Of a stretch of 54,312 bases of DNA, positions 10,068 to 20,028 are shown in pieces. The first letter of the stretch is position 1; every line of letters starts with the position of its first letter. The DNA comes from an uncultured Catenibacillus sp. GTDB taxonomy: Bacteria; Bacillota; Clostridia; Lachnospirales; Lachnospiraceae. The position numbers and the translations under genes were made by a program. The notes below the pieces were generated by a model. The model worked only from the letters and a program-made list of their open reading frames with translations, was not told the origin of the DNA and searched no databases. The stretch lies in the NCBI GenBank assembly GCA_964423195.1, contig CAYRDY010000003.1, positions 1-54,312 of the forward strand. The letters are read 5' to 3'.

Positions 10068-10630
10068 GCCAGCTGATGGTCACCGTTATAGCGGAATTGA
10101 TTGTGATTGTCGCGGCGCTTTATCTGTACCGGCGGATGACAGGCTGCGGGCGCTTCAAGGTCTCCCCGAAAAAAATGTCCGTCAGACATTATCTCATGAT
10201 CGCCGCGGGCGCGTTTGCCTTGAGTCTATGTATCAATCTGATACTCTCTGCGCTCTCGGCCGCTGAGCGCGTGGAGAGCTTTAGGGAGGCCAATGAGATG
10301 ATTTTCAGCGGCACACTCGCGGTACAGATCGCTCACATCGTCTTCATCGCCCCGATGGCGGAGGAGATGATCTTTCGTGGCCTGATCCAAAATATCATCA
10401 TCTGTATACTTCCGAGGCACCGGGCCATCGCCGTCGTGATCACGGCAGCGCTCTTCGGCCTGTATCACGGCAACATCGTTCAGGGGCTTGCGGGCTTTGT
10501 GACTGGCCTGCTGATCGGATGGCTCTATGAATATTTCGGGACGATCAAGGCGCCGATTTTCTTCCATATGTGCTTTAACCTGCCGGGTGTGATTCTCAGT
10601 GCTGTGTCGAATTTTGTCGAAATGTTTTGA
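10064..10630 (+). CDS. CPBP family intramembrane glutamic endopeptidase (CAAX protease / Abi-like)
   Basis: Motifs EEMIFRG, LFGLYH and FHMCFN in a 188-aa multi-TM protein. ATGA overlaps the permease gene. Confidence 0.8.
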   Translation: MSQLMVTVIAELIVIVAALYLYRRMTGCGRFKVSPKKMSVRHYLMIAAGAFALSLCINLILSALSAAERVESFREANEMIFSGTLAVQIAHIVFIAPMAEEMIFRGLIQNIIICILPRHRAIAVVITAALFGLYHGNIVQGLAGFVTGLLIGWLYEYFGTIKAPIFFHMCFNLPGVILSAVSNFVEMF

Positions 10631-10659
10631 TTTACAGAAACTTTGATTTCCGCTATAAT
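10631..10659 (+). promoter_or_regulatory. Sigma-A type promoter of recA
   Basis: TTTACA (10631-10636), 17-nt spacer, TATAAT (10654-10659). Confidence 0.6.
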
Positions 10660-10763
10660 TAAGAGGTCAGTACTTTGCAAAGACACTTGGCAGTCAGTCA
10701 TATATACGGTAGGATGCCGCATACAGACAAATGTTTGAAAAAATGTTAAAGGGTGGGAAAAGT

Positions 10764-10850
10764 ATGGAAAAAGAAAAGACCGTGAACAATTCGGAAAAGC
10801 TCAAAGCGCTCGACGCGGCGATCTCAAAGATTGAAAAAGACTACGGCTAG
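10764..10850 (+). pseudogene. recA: recA 5' fragment: 28 codons of the canonical RecA N-terminus ended by an in-frame TAG
   Basis: The ATG at 10764 opens the same frame as the main recA ORF and reads MEKEKTVNNSEKLKALDAAISKIEKDYG then TAG (10848-10850). This matches the conserved ..IEKxFGKGS.. region, with TAG in place of the Lys codon. Confidence 0.8.
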
Positions 10851-10856
10851 GGTTCG

Positions 10857-11873
10857 GTGATGCGACTCGGCGACAGGGGCACCTCGATCGATATCGAGAC
10901 GGTGCCGACCGGATCCCTAAGCCTCGACCTCGCACTCGGCCTCGGCGGTGTGCCAAAGGGGCGTATTATCGAGATTTTCGGGCCTGAGTCGTCAGGGAAG
11001 ACGACCGTGACCCTGCACATGGTAGCCGAGGTGCAGAAGCGCGGCGGTATTGCGGCGTTTATCGACGCGGAGCACGCCCTCGACCCGACCTACGCCAAAA
11101 ATATCGGCGTCAATATCGATGAGCTCTACATCTCTCAGCCCGACAACGGCGAGCAGGCCCTGGAGATCACGGAGACGATGGTGCGGTCCGGCGCGATCGA
11201 CATCATCGTCGTCGACTCGGTGGCGGCCCTGGTTCCGAAGGCGGAGATCGAGGGGGATATGGGCGATTCCCATGTCGGACTGCAGGCGCGCCTGATGTCT
11301 CAGGCACTGCGCAAATTGACAGCCGCCATCAGCAGATCCAACTGTATCGTGATCTTTATCAATCAGCTCCGCGAGAAAGTCGGCGTATATTACGGCAGTC
11401 CGGAGACGACCACCGGCGGAAGGGCGCTGAAGTTTTATTCGTCCGTGCGGCTGGATATCCGGCGCATCGAGTCGATCAAGCAGGGCGGCGAGATCATCGG
11501 CAGCCGAACGCGCGTGAAGGTCGTGAAAAATAAGATCGCGCCGCCGTTCAAGGAGGCGGAATTTGATATCATGTTCGGCAAAGGCATCTCTGTCGTCGGC
11601 GATATCCTCGATCTCGCGACCAACATCGGCATCATCAATAAGAGCGGCGCCTGGTACGCCTACAACAATACCAAGATCGGACAGGGCCGCGAAAACGCGA
11701 AGCAGTATATCGCAGAACGGCCGGAGCTTCTGCAGGAGCTTGATCAGAAAGTCAGGGCATATTACGGCCTTGGGGAGAGCAAAAAAGAAAGCGGGGCAGA
11801 TGCCGATGGCGATGTGTCTGGTCACGAAGATAGCCTGGATCAGCCGGTCGAGGGCGCAAATTTACCTCAATGA
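10857..11873 (+). CDS. recA: Recombinase RecA (largest intact ORF; lacks the native N-terminus, see the 10764-10850 fragment)
   Basis: 338 aa. Walker [10 protein letters not shown], plus the VVDSVAAL and [10 protein letters not shown] motifs. Confidence 0.9.
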   Translation: MMRLGDRGTSIDIETVPTGSLSLDLALGLGGVPKGRIIEIFGPESSGKTTVTLHMVAEVQKRGGIAAFIDAEHALDPTYAKNIGVNIDELYISQPDNGEQALEITETMVRSGAIDIIVVDSVAALVPKAEIEGDMGDSHVGLQARLMSQALRKLTAAISRSNCIVIFINQLREKVGVYYGSPETTTGGRALKFYSSVRLDIRRIESIKQGGEIIGSRTRVKVVKNKIAPPFKEAEFDIMFGKGISVVGDILDLATNIGIINKSGAWYAYNNTKIGQGRENAKQYIAERPELLQELDQKVRAYYGLGESKKESGADADGDVSGHEDSLDQPVEGANLPQ

Positions 11874-12411
11874 TGATCCCTGTTTTATCCTCAGCGCCGC
11901 CGATATCCAATCGCTTGGCCTTTGTGAGGGCGAGGAGCTGACAGAGGGCGCCATCAGGGATATCTATGACAACATTATGGTGGGCAGAGCCAGAGCCAAA
12001 GCCCTGGATCTGCTCAAGACCAGAGATTACACGTCATCGGAGCTCTATGCGCGGATCAAAAGGGCTTTCGGCTCAGACGCCCTGGCAGAGCAGGCGGTCG
12101 ACTATGTCAAATCTTTTGGCTATATCGATGATGTCCGTTTTGCCAAAAATTATATCCGCGGCCATGCCGACAGCCTGAGCTGTTCGGCGCTGGCCGCCAA
12201 GCTTCACAGCAAGGGCCTGAGTCGGGAGATCATTGACGCGGCCATGGCGGAGGCGGATATCGATGAGCTTAGCCAGCTCAGACAGCTGGCTGTGAAAAAA
12301 TTTCCGGATTACGCACATCTGCCGCCGGACCAGAAGAGGAAAGCGGTTGCCTATTTTCTGAGGCGGGGATATGCCTATGAGGACGTGCGAACCGCTCTCA
12401 GGGAACTGTGA
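11800..12411 (+). CDS. recX: Recombination regulator RecX
   Basis: The C-terminal 200 aa of ORF 11563-12411 shows RecX three-helix repeats ([18 protein letters not shown]; [13 protein letters not shown]). The start is uncertain: ATGs lie at 11800, 11806 and 11812, all overlapping the recA 3' end. Confidence 0.7.
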   Translation: MPMAMCLVTKIAWISRSRAQIYLNDDPCFILSAADIQSLGLCEGEELTEGAIRDIYDNIMVGRARAKALDLLKTRDYTSSELYARIKRAFGSDALAEQAVDYVKSFGYIDDVRFAKNYIRGHADSLSCSALAAKLHSKGLSREIIDAAMAEADIDELSQLRQLAVKKFPDYAHLPPDQKRKAVAYFLRRGYAYEDVRTALREL

Positions 12412-12554
12412 GAATTCAGAATTGTCTGAATTGTTTTGATTCGTCCGGTCATCTCGAAGATTCCCAAGGTGGATCCCGTCACGGGATTTGCCCTGGGAAT
12501 TTGACTGCGCGATCACTAAAGTGCGATATTTTGCCGTTTTGCCGCAATCAACAC

Positions 12555-12583
12555 TTGACATAATTCTGAAAAAAGGTTACAAT
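12555..12583 (+). promoter_or_regulatory. Sigma-A type promoter of rny
   Basis: TTGACA (12555-12560), 17-nt spacer, TACAAT (12578-12583). Confidence 0.6.
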
Positions 12584-12631
12584 ATCTAATTGTATGAAAA
12601 TACAACGAAAATTTAATAAGGAGGTGTTCCT

Positions 12632-14185
12632 GTGCAACTGTGGTTAGCAATATTAATTATTATTATTGCTATTGCCATCACTGCGCTGATTGTCTGGAAA
12701 GCCGCGATTTCTTATCATCAGAAGGTTGTGGAGTCAAAGATCGGTTCCGCCGAGGAAAAGGCCAGAGAGATCATTGACGAGGCGATGAAGACAGCCGAAG
12801 CCAAGAAGCGTGAAGGTTTGATCGAAGTCAAGGAAGAGGCCCTGAAGAATAAGAATGAACTTGAGCGGGAAAGCAGAGAGCGCAGAAACGAGTTACAAAA
12901 GTTCGAGAAGAGAGTGCTGGCCAAGGAGGAGGCGCTGGACAGAAAGTCCGATGCCCTTGAGAAAAAGGAGAGCCAGCTGGCTACAAAGGAGGACAAGCTC
13001 AACAAACTCCGCGTTGAAGTCGAATCTCTGAACGAACAGAGAGTGCAGGAACTTGAGAGAATCTCTGGATTGACCTCCGAACAAGCAAAAGATTATCTTT
13101 TAAAGACTGTCGAGGACGAAGTCAAACACGAGACAGCCATGTTAGTAAAAGACCTTCAAAACAAGGCAAAAGAGGAAGCCGCCAAAAAGGCTAAAGACTA
13201 TGTGGTGACCGCCATTCAGAAGTGTGCGGCGGACCACGTCGCAGAGACAACGATTTCTGTTGTCCCGTTGCCTAATGACGAGATGAAGGGACGCATTATC
13301 GGCCGTGAAGGCCGGAATATCCGTACCCTGGAGACGTTGACAGGTGTCGATCTGATCATAGACGACACGCCGGAAGCTGTCATCTTATCCAGCTTTGATC
13401 CGATCCGCAGGGAAGTCGCCAGGATCGCCCTGGAAAAGCTGATCGTGGACGGCCGTATCCATCCGGCCAGGATCGAGGAAATGGTTGATAAAGCGCAAAA
13501 AGAAGTGGAGACCATGATCCGCGAGGAGGGCGAGGCAGCCACCCTTGAGGTCGGTGTCCACGGTATTCATCCTGAGCTTGTCCGCCTTCTCGGCAAGATG
13601 AAGTTCCGCACGAGCTATGGACAAAATGCTTTAAAGCACTCGATAGAAGTTGCCCAGCTTTCCGGTCTTCTGGCCGCGGAAGTCGGTGTGGATGTGAGAC
13701 TGGCCAAGCGCGCCGGCCTGCTGCATGACATCGGCAAGTCCGTTGACCACGAGATGGAGGGCTCCCACATACAGATCGGTGCCGATCTATGTAAAAAATA
13801 TAAAGAATCAGCAGTCGTGATCAATGCTGTGGAATCCCATCACGGTGATGTGGAGCCTACATCCCTGATCGCGTGTCTGGTTCAGGCCGCAGATACCATC
13901 TCCGCCGCACGTCCGGGTGCCCGCAGAGAGACTTTGGAGACATATACTAACAGATTAAAACAATTAGAAGATATAGCCAATCAATATAAAGGTGTTGATA
14001 AATCTTTTGCTATTCAGGCAGGCAGAGAAATCCGTGTGATGGTTATCCCTGAGCACGTCAGTGATGCAGATATGATCCTGATGGCGCGTGATATCGCGAA
14101 GCAGATTGAAGCAGAGCTTGAGTATCCGGGCCAGATCAAGGTCAATGTCATCAGAGAATCTCGAGTTACAGAGTATGCCAGGTAA
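12632..14185 (+). CDS. rny: Ribonuclease Y
   Basis: 517 aa with an N-terminal TM helix, a K/E-rich coiled coil, a KH domain ([12 protein letters not shown]) and an HD domain (LLHDIGK). The GTG start follows AAGGAGG. Confidence 0.9.
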   Translation: MQLWLAILIIIIAIAITALIVWKAAISYHQKVVESKIGSAEEKAREIIDEAMKTAEAKKREGLIEVKEEALKNKNELERESRERRNELQKFEKRVLAKEEALDRKSDALEKKESQLATKEDKLNKLRVEVESLNEQRVQELERISGLTSEQAKDYLLKTVEDEVKHETAMLVKDLQNKAKEEAAKKAKDYVVTAIQKCAADHVAETTISVVPLPNDEMKGRIIGREGRNIRTLETLTGVDLIIDDTPEAVILSSFDPIRREVARIALEKLIVDGRIHPARIEEMVDKAQKEVETMIREEGEAATLEVGVHGIHPELVRLLGKMKFRTSYGQNALKHSIEVAQLSGLLAAEVGVDVRLAKRAGLLHDIGKSVDHEMEGSHIQIGADLCKKYKESAVVINAVESHHGDVEPTSLIACLVQAADTISAARPGARRETLETYTNRLKQLEDIANQYKGVDKSFAIQAGREIRVMVIPEHVSDADMILMARDIAKQIEAELEYPGQIKVNVIRESRVTEYAR

Positions 14186-14223
14186 CGAACGCAATACAAT
14201 AACTTATCGCTTAGAGAAATGAT

Positions 14224-14265
14224 GCCTTATAGACTGTATATGACAGTTTATAAGGCTTTTCTTTC
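14224..14265 (+). terminator. Rho-independent terminator after rny
   Basis: 14-bp stem (14224-14237 / 14243-14256, one G-U pair) with a 5-nt loop, then TTTTCTTTC. Confidence 0.75.
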
Positions 14266-14301
14266 AGAGTGACCCTTTATCTAGAAAGCTGAGGTATTTC
14301 A

Positions 14302-17004
14302 ATGGCACCCTTGACCCCAATGATGCAGCAGTATATGGAAATCAAGAAGCAGTACAGAGACTGTATTCTCTTTTATCGCCTCGGAGATTTTTATGAAATG
14401 TTCTTCGATGATGCCCTGACGGCTTCCAGGGAACTGGAGCTGACGCTGACCGGAAGAGACTGTGGGCAGGAGGAGCGGGCGCCGATGTGCGGCGTCCCGT
14501 ATCACGCCGTGGATGGATACTTAAATAAGCTGGTCTCCAGGGGTTACCGCGTGGCTATCTGTGAGCAGATGGAGGATCCCCAGCTCGCGAAGGGCATCGT
14601 CAAGCGCGAGGTGATCCGTATTGTCACGCCGGGAACCAACTTCAGCGATCAGGCGTTGGATGAATCCAAAAATAATTATCTGATGTGCATCGTCTATATC
14701 GGCGGCGCATTCGGCATCTCGGCGGCTGACGTCTCCACGGGGGATTATTATGTCACGGAAGTGGATTCAGACAAAAAACTGTTTGACGAGATCAATAAAT
14801 ACACGCCGGCGGAGATCATTTACAATGAATATTTTGCGATGAGCGGGGCCGATATCTCTGATCTATGCGCCAGGCAAAACATCAGTTCCACGGAGCTTGA
14901 CCGCTGGTATACGGATGAGGATCTCTGCGTCAGGCAGCTCAAGGAACACTTTCATGTGTCCACACTCGACGGACTCGGCATCAGGGACTACCCCGCGGGG
15001 ACAATCGCCGCGGGCGCCCTGCTTCAGTATCTATATGAGACGCAAAAAAATGCTCTGGAACATATGACCCGCCTGGTGCCCTATGAGACCGGCAAATATA
15101 TGGTCATTGACAGTTCCACGAGGCGCAATCTGGAGCTTCTGGAGACAATGCGCGAGAAACAGAAGCGCGGCTCACTTCTGTGGGTGCTCGACAAGACAAA
15201 GACGGCAATGGGCGCAAGACTTCTGCGCACGTATATTGAACAGCCCCTCATCGAGAGAGAAGAGATTGAGCGGCGGCTGGACGCCGTCGAGGAGCTCAAC
15301 GGGGATATGGTCACGCGGGAGGAGCTTCGCGAGTATCTGAATCCGATCTATGACCTGGAACGACTGATCGGACGCGTCAGTTACCGCTCGGCAAATCCGA
15401 GGGATCTGATCTCCTTAAAGAATTCTCTGGAGATGGTGCCGCATGTCAAATATCTGCTGAAATCCTTCAAAACCGAGGAGATTCAAAATATTTTCCACCA
15501 GATCGACGAGCTGGAGGACATCTGCGAGCTGATCGGGGCATCCATCAATGATGATCCGCCCGTCTCTGTCAAGGACGGCGGCATCATCAAGGACGGGTTT
15601 GATGCAAATATTGATAAATACCGCCGCGCGAAGACGGACGGCAAGCAGTGGCTCTCGGAGCTGGAAGTCAGGGAGCGAGAGAAGACAGGCATCAAAAACC
15701 TGCGCATCAAATTCAATAAGGTCTTCGGCTATTATCTCGAAGTCACAAATTCTTACAGGGATCTGGTGCCTGAGACGTGGACGCGCAAACAGACGCTCGC
15801 CAATGCCGAGCGCTTTATCACACCGGAATTAAAAGAACTGGAGGACATGATCCTCGGAGCGGAGGACAAATTATTTTCACTCGAATATCAGACATTCTCA
15901 GATATACGGGACAGAATTGCGGCGGAGGTCGTTCGCATTCAGCAGACGGCGCGGGCTCTCGCCAAGATCGACGTCTGCGCCTCATTGGCCTACGTGGCCG
16001 CCGCCAACAACTATGTGCGGCCGAAAATCAACACCAAGGGCATCATCAATATCAAGGGCGGGCGGCATCCGGTGGTCGAGAAGATGACCGCCAACGAGAT
16101 GTTTATCGAGAATGACACCTATCTCGACAATGACCACAACCGCATCGCCATCATCACAGGTCCGAATATGGCCGGAAAATCGACCTATATGCGTCAGAGC
16201 GCGCTGATCGTTTTGATGGCTCAGATCGGAAGTTTTGTGCCCGCATCGAGCGCCGATATCGGCATTGTCGACCGCATCTTCACACGCGTCGGGGCATCGG
16301 ATGATCTCGCCAGCGGCCAGAGCACTTTTATGGTCGAGATGACCGAGGTGGCCAATATTTTGAGAAATGCCACGAGAAACAGCCTGTTGATTCTGGACGA
16401 GATCGGCCGGGGCACGAGCACTTTTGACGGTCTGAGTATCGCTTGGGCTGTGGTGGAATATATCAGCCATCCAAAGCTCCTTGGCGCAAAGACGCTGTTT
16501 GCCACCCACTACCATGAGCTCACGGAACTGGAGGGCAAGCTGGAGAGCGTCAGCAACTACTGCGTCGCGGTCTCCGAGCAGGGCGACGATATTATTTTCC
16601 TGCGAAAGATCGTTCCGGGCGGCGCCGACAAAAGCTATGGCATTCAGGTCGCCAAACTGGCCGGCGTTCCGGATCTGGTGATCGAGCGCGCCAAGGAGCT
16701 CGTCGAGGAGCTGAGCAGCGCGGATATCTCTGACAGGGCCAGAGAGATCGAGACGGCGGATCTGAAAAAGTCAAAGTCGGCGAAGGTGAAAAAAGATGAC
16801 GCGCCAAGCGGTCAGTATTCCATGTTTGACACCGGGATGGCCGCCGAGGACTCCGGATCCGCAAAAGCGCGGGATTCAGAGGCGGATCAGACGCGGGAGG
16901 AGATCTGTGATCGAATCATGCAGATAGATATCCCATCGATCACGCCGATGGAAGCCATGAATATTTTGTATCAGTTACAGAGAGATTTAATCAATAGACA
17001 ATAA
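14302..17004 (+). CDS. mutS: DNA mismatch repair protein MutS
   Basis: 900 aa. N-terminus TPMMQQY..K, Walker A GPNMAGKST, plus STFMVEM and DEIGRGTST. Confidence 0.95.
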   Translation: MAPLTPMMQQYMEIKKQYRDCILFYRLGDFYEMFFDDALTASRELELTLTGRDCGQEERAPMCGVPYHAVDGYLNKLVSRGYRVAICEQMEDPQLAKGIVKREVIRIVTPGTNFSDQALDESKNNYLMCIVYIGGAFGISAADVSTGDYYVTEVDSDKKLFDEINKYTPAEIIYNEYFAMSGADISDLCARQNISSTELDRWYTDEDLCVRQLKEHFHVSTLDGLGIRDYPAGTIAAGALLQYLYETQKNALEHMTRLVPYETGKYMVIDSSTRRNLELLETMREKQKRGSLLWVLDKTKTAMGARLLRTYIEQPLIEREEIERRLDAVEELNGDMVTREELREYLNPIYDLERLIGRVSYRSANPRDLISLKNSLEMVPHVKYLLKSFKTEEIQNIFHQIDELEDICELIGASINDDPPVSVKDGGIIKDGFDANIDKYRRAKTDGKQWLSELEVREREKTGIKNLRIKFNKVFGYYLEVTNSYRDLVPETWTRKQTLANAERFITPELKELEDMILGAEDKLFSLEYQTFSDIRDRIAAEVVRIQQTARALAKIDVCASLAYVAAANNYVRPKINTKGIINIKGGRHPVVEKMTANEMFIENDTYLDNDHNRIAIITGPNMAGKSTYMRQSALIVLMAQIGSFVPASSADIGIVDRIFTRVGASDDLASGQSTFMVEMTEVANILRNATRNSLLILDEIGRGTSTFDGLSIAWAVVEYISHPKLLGAKTLFATHYHELTELEGKLESVSNYCVAVSEQGDDIIFLRKIVPGGADKSYGIQVAKLAGVPDLVIERAKELVEELSSADISDRAREIETADLKKSKSAKVKKDDAPSGQYSMFDTGMAAEDSGSAKARDSEADQTREEICDRIMQIDIPSITPMEAMNILYQLQRDLINRQ

Positions 17005-17013
17005 GGTGATATT

Positions 17014-18981
17014 TTGGCGGGAATCAAAATACTGGATTCAGAGACAGTCAATAAAATCGCTGCCGGCGAGGTGGTCGAGCGGCCGGGCTCCGTGGTCAAG
17101 GAGTTGGTGGAAAATGCCATCGACGCCAAGGCGACGGCCGTCACGATCGAGATCAGGGAAGGCGGAGTGGGGCTCATCCGCATCACGGACAACGGCACAG
17201 GGATCAGCAGAGATGAGATCTCTAGGGCATTTCTGCGCCATTCGACGAGCAAGATCAGCTCGGCGGAGGATCTGCGAAGCGTCTCCTCGCTCGGCTTTCG
17301 GGGCGAGGCGCTCTCAAGCATTGCCGCGGTCGCGCAGGTGGAACTGGTGACCAAAACGCATCAGGCGCTGCTCGGCGCGCGGTATCTGATCGAGGGCGGC
17401 GAGGAAAAATCTCTACAGGAGATCGGCTGTCCGGCGGGCACCACGGTAATCGTGCGCAATCTATTTTACAATACGCCGGCCAGACGCAAATTTTTAAAGA
17501 CCAATATGACGGAGGCCGCCTATATCAGCGATCTGGTCCAGCGCCTGGCGCTCTCACATCCGGAAATTTCCTTTAAATTCACGAATAACGGCCAGATCCG
17601 TCTGCACACGATGGGAAACCATCAGCTCAGGGATATTATCTACAATGTCTACGGCAGGGAGATCACAGCCAATATCCTGCCGGCGGACCTTCAGAATGCG
17701 CATGTCGTGATCAGCGGATATATCGGGAAGCCCGTCATCAGCCGCGGCAACCGCTCCTATGAAAATTACTTTATCAACGGGCGCTTCATCAAGAGCGGAA
17801 TCATCACCAGGGCTATAGAGGAAGCCTACAAAACCTTCATCATGGTGCACAAGTATCCGTTCACGGCGCTGCACCTGAGGGTGGATCCGGAGCTGATCGA
17901 CGTCAATGTCCATCCGGCGAAGATGGAAGTCCGTTTCAATAACAGCGAGGAGATCTACCAGATGGTCTATCACGCGGTGCGAAGCGCCCTGGAGGGCAGC
18001 GAGCTGATCCCCGACGCCGGTGTGGACAGCGAGCGGGAGATTCACAGGCAAAAGTCCGAAGAGCGGCGGGCGCAGGCAAGGGATCTCAGGCAGTACCGTG
18101 ACATCCCGGAGCCCTTTGAGACAAAACGGCTGGCGTCACAGGCGAGTTCCGGCCATCCGGATCCGGAGATTTCGCGGGATGAGACATCCAAGAGTAAGCG
18201 CCGGGAGGATCCCCTGATCGCAGAGACGGCGCAGGATTACCGGGGCGAAGGGCAGAAAGCTGAACAGAATATTAAACCGGCAGCTAGAGCCGTTGAACAG
18301 AATACTAAACCGGCAGCTAGAGCCGATGCAGAAGAAAAATCCGAAAAAAAGCCGGAACAGCTATCTCTATTCGATGACAGGCTGCTCGCCGAGACGGCGA
18401 GGGCGCAGCACCGACTGATCGGACAGGTGTTTGACACCTACTGGATCGTGGCGTACGGCGATAAAATGTTTATCATCGATCAGCACGCCGCCCATGAAAA
18501 GGTCCTCTATGAGAAGCTGGTCCGGCAATACCGATCGGGAACGCCGCAGTCTCAGTACCTGAATCCGCCGATGATCCTGTCCCTATCGCCGGGAGAGGAA
18601 ATTGCCGTCCACACTTACGGAGATTATCTCAGAGATTTCGGCTTTGAGATAGAGCCTTTCGGCGGCAGGGAGTATGCCGTCAGAGCGGTCCCCATGGATC
18701 TCTACGGTTTCTGCGAGAAAGATCTGCTGCTCATGATCATCGACAGCCTGAGTGCCGACGGCGACACAGGGAAACCGGATGTGATCATTGACCGGCTGGC
18801 TGGGAGCGCCTGCAAGGCCGCCGTCAAGGGCAGGCATGCCATGTCCGATAGAGAGGCGGATGCGCTGATCGACCAGCTCTTGCAGGCGGAAAATCCTTAT
18901 ACATGCCCACACGGACGTCCGACGATCATCTCGATGAGCCGTTACGATCTTGAAAAGAAATTCAAGCGCGTCCAGGACTAG
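17014..18981 (+). CDS. mutL: DNA mismatch repair protein MutL
   Basis: 655 aa with a TTG start. GHKL ATPase N-terminus (IAAGEVVERP, ELVENAIDA) and a C-terminal endonuclease/dimerisation domain (CPHGRP). Confidence 0.95.
   Translation: MAGIKILDSETVNKIAAGEVVERPGSVVKELVENAIDAKATAVTIEIREGGVGLIRITDNGTGISRDEISRAFLRHSTSKISSAEDLRSVSSLGFRGEALSSIAAVAQVELVTKTHQALLGARYLIEGGEEKSLQEIGCPAGTTVIVRNLFYNTPARRKFLKTNMTEAAYISDLVQRLALSHPEISFKFTNNGQIRLHTMGNHQLRDIIYNVYGREITANILPADLQNAHVVISGYIGKPVISRGNRSYENYFINGRFIKSGIITRAIEEAYKTFIMVHKYPFTALHLRVDPELIDVNVHPAKMEVRFNNSEEIYQMVYHAVRSALEGSELIPDAGVDSEREIHRQKSEERRAQARDLRQYRDIPEPFETKRLASQASSGHPDPEISRDETSKSKRREDPLIAETAQDYRGEGQKAEQNIKPAARAVEQNTKPAARADAEEKSEKKPEQLSLFDDRLLAETARAQHRLIGQVFDTYWIVAYGDKMFIIDQHAAHEKVLYEKLVRQYRSGTPQSQYLNPPMILSLSPGEEIAVHTYGDYLRDFGFEIEPFGGREYAVRAVPMDLYGFCEKDLLLMIIDSLSADGDTGKPDVIIDRLAGSACKAAVKGRHAMSDREADALIDQLLQAENPYTCPHGRPTIISMSRYDLEKKFKRVQD
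18262..18327 (+). repeat. In-frame 33-bp tandem duplication inside the mutL linker
   Basis: GAACAGAATATTAAACCGGCAGCTAGAGCCGTT is followed by GAACAGAATACTAAACCGGCAGCTAGAGCCGAT (30/33 identical). The peptides are EQNIKPAARAV and EQNTKPAARAD. Confidence 0.85.
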
Positions 18982-19074
18982 AAAGAAATCAGGAATTAAA
19001 GTTTGGAAGTATGCTTCCAAATCCACTTTGATGGATGACGCACTAAAGTGCGTCAACTTCAAGAGAGAGGAAAA

Positions 19075-20028
19075 ATGAATCGAGGAAAGAGACCTTTAAT
19101 CGTGCTGGCCGGTCCCACCGCCGTCGGGAAAACGGCATTGTCGGTCAGCCTCGCAAGAGCCGTCGGCGGGGAGATCATCTCTGCCGATTCCATGCAGGTT
19201 TACCGCTACATGGATATCGGCACGGCCAAGATCACAGCCGGGGAGATGCAGGGCATCAGACATCACCTGATCGACGTGCTACTGCCGGAAGATGCGTTCA
19301 ACGTGACCATTTTTCAAAAGATGGCGATCTCCGCCATCGATGAGATCTATGCGCGGGGGAAACTACCGATTCTGGTGGGAGGTACCGGCTTTTATATTCA
19401 GGCCGTGCTCTATCACATTCACTTTGAGGAAAATGACGGCGATGACGGTTACCGCGGATCCCTTGAGGCTCTGGCGGCGACGCAGGGCAGCGAAAGCCTG
19501 CACCGGATGCTTGAGGCGATCGACCCTGAGGCCGCGCGCCAGATTCACTGCAACAACACCAAAAAAATCATTCGTGCCCTCGAATTTTACCACCAGACCG
19601 GCATCCGGATCTCCGAACACAACGCCGCCCAGCGGCAGAATGTCTCGCCATACCACTATGCCTATTTCGTCCTGACTGAGAACCGCGAGGCGCTCTACGA
19701 GCGCATTGACAGGCGCGTCGATCAGATGATATCGGACGGCCTTGTCGATGAGGTGCGCGCGCTTCTGGCCAGAGGCTGCACCAGAGATATGGTTTCCATG
19801 CAGGGGCTCGGCTATAAGGAGATCATTGACTATCTTGAGGGCCGCACATCGCTTGAGGAGGCCGTGGCGATTCTCAAGAGAGATACCCGCCATTTTGCGA
19901 AGCGCCAGCTGACATGGTTTCGGAGAGAGCGAAACGTGATCTGGCTGAACAGAGATCAATACGAGAGCGAACAGGCCATTTTACAGGCGATGCTCGATAT
20001 TTTGAAAGCAGGATTTATCGATGAATGA
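19075..20028 (+). CDS. miaA: tRNA dimethylallyltransferase MiaA
   Basis: P-loop GPTAVGKT with DSMQVYRYMDIGTAK. The ATG at 19075 is preceded by AGAGAGAGG; the ORF-track start at 19048 is probably too early. Confidence 0.9.
   Translation: MNRGKRPLIVLAGPTAVGKTALSVSLARAVGGEIISADSMQVYRYMDIGTAKITAGEMQGIRHHLIDVLLPEDAFNVTIFQKMAISAIDEIYARGKLPILVGGTGFYIQAVLYHIHFEENDGDDGYRGSLEALAATQGSESLHRMLEAIDPEAARQIHCNNTKKIIRALEFYHQTGIRISEHNAAQRQNVSPYHYAYFVLTENREALYERIDRRVDQMISDGLVDEVRALLARGCTRDMVSMQGLGYKEIIDYLEGRTSLEEAVAILKRDTRHFAKRQLTWFRRERNVIWLNRDQYESEQAILQAMLDILKAGFIDE

Noticed and set aside
10725-10736. Possible LexA/Cheo box AGACAAATGTTT in the recA 5' UTR.
   Set aside because: The left half-site deviates from GAAC at two positions. 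The element lies about 65 nt downstream of the -10 box rather than overlapping the promoter. This is too weak to call.
10848-10850. The TAG in recA as a sense codon (pyrrolysine or reassigned code).
   Set aside because: TAG terminates several well-defined genes in this window at the expected protein ends (mutL, carboxypeptidase, yggS, sepF). No pyl genes or PYLIS-like context are visible. A simple AAG-to-TAG change at a conserved Lys is the more economical explanation.
11563-11799. An N-terminal extension of the recX ORF running 310 nt inside recA in another frame.
   Set aside because: The extension is Ser/Arg/Ala-rich with no RecX similarity. RecX homology begins near the ATGs at 11800-11812, and the open frame is a GC-content artefact.
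12514-12531. A 12-nt motif CACTAAAGTGCG shared between the recX-rny spacer (about 12519) and the mutL-miaA spacer (about 19041).
   Set aside because: By a rough estimate, tens of exact 12-mer coincidences are expected by chance in 54 kb. The flanks align poorly (19 of 30). Only the 19037-19054 copy forms a clean hairpin.
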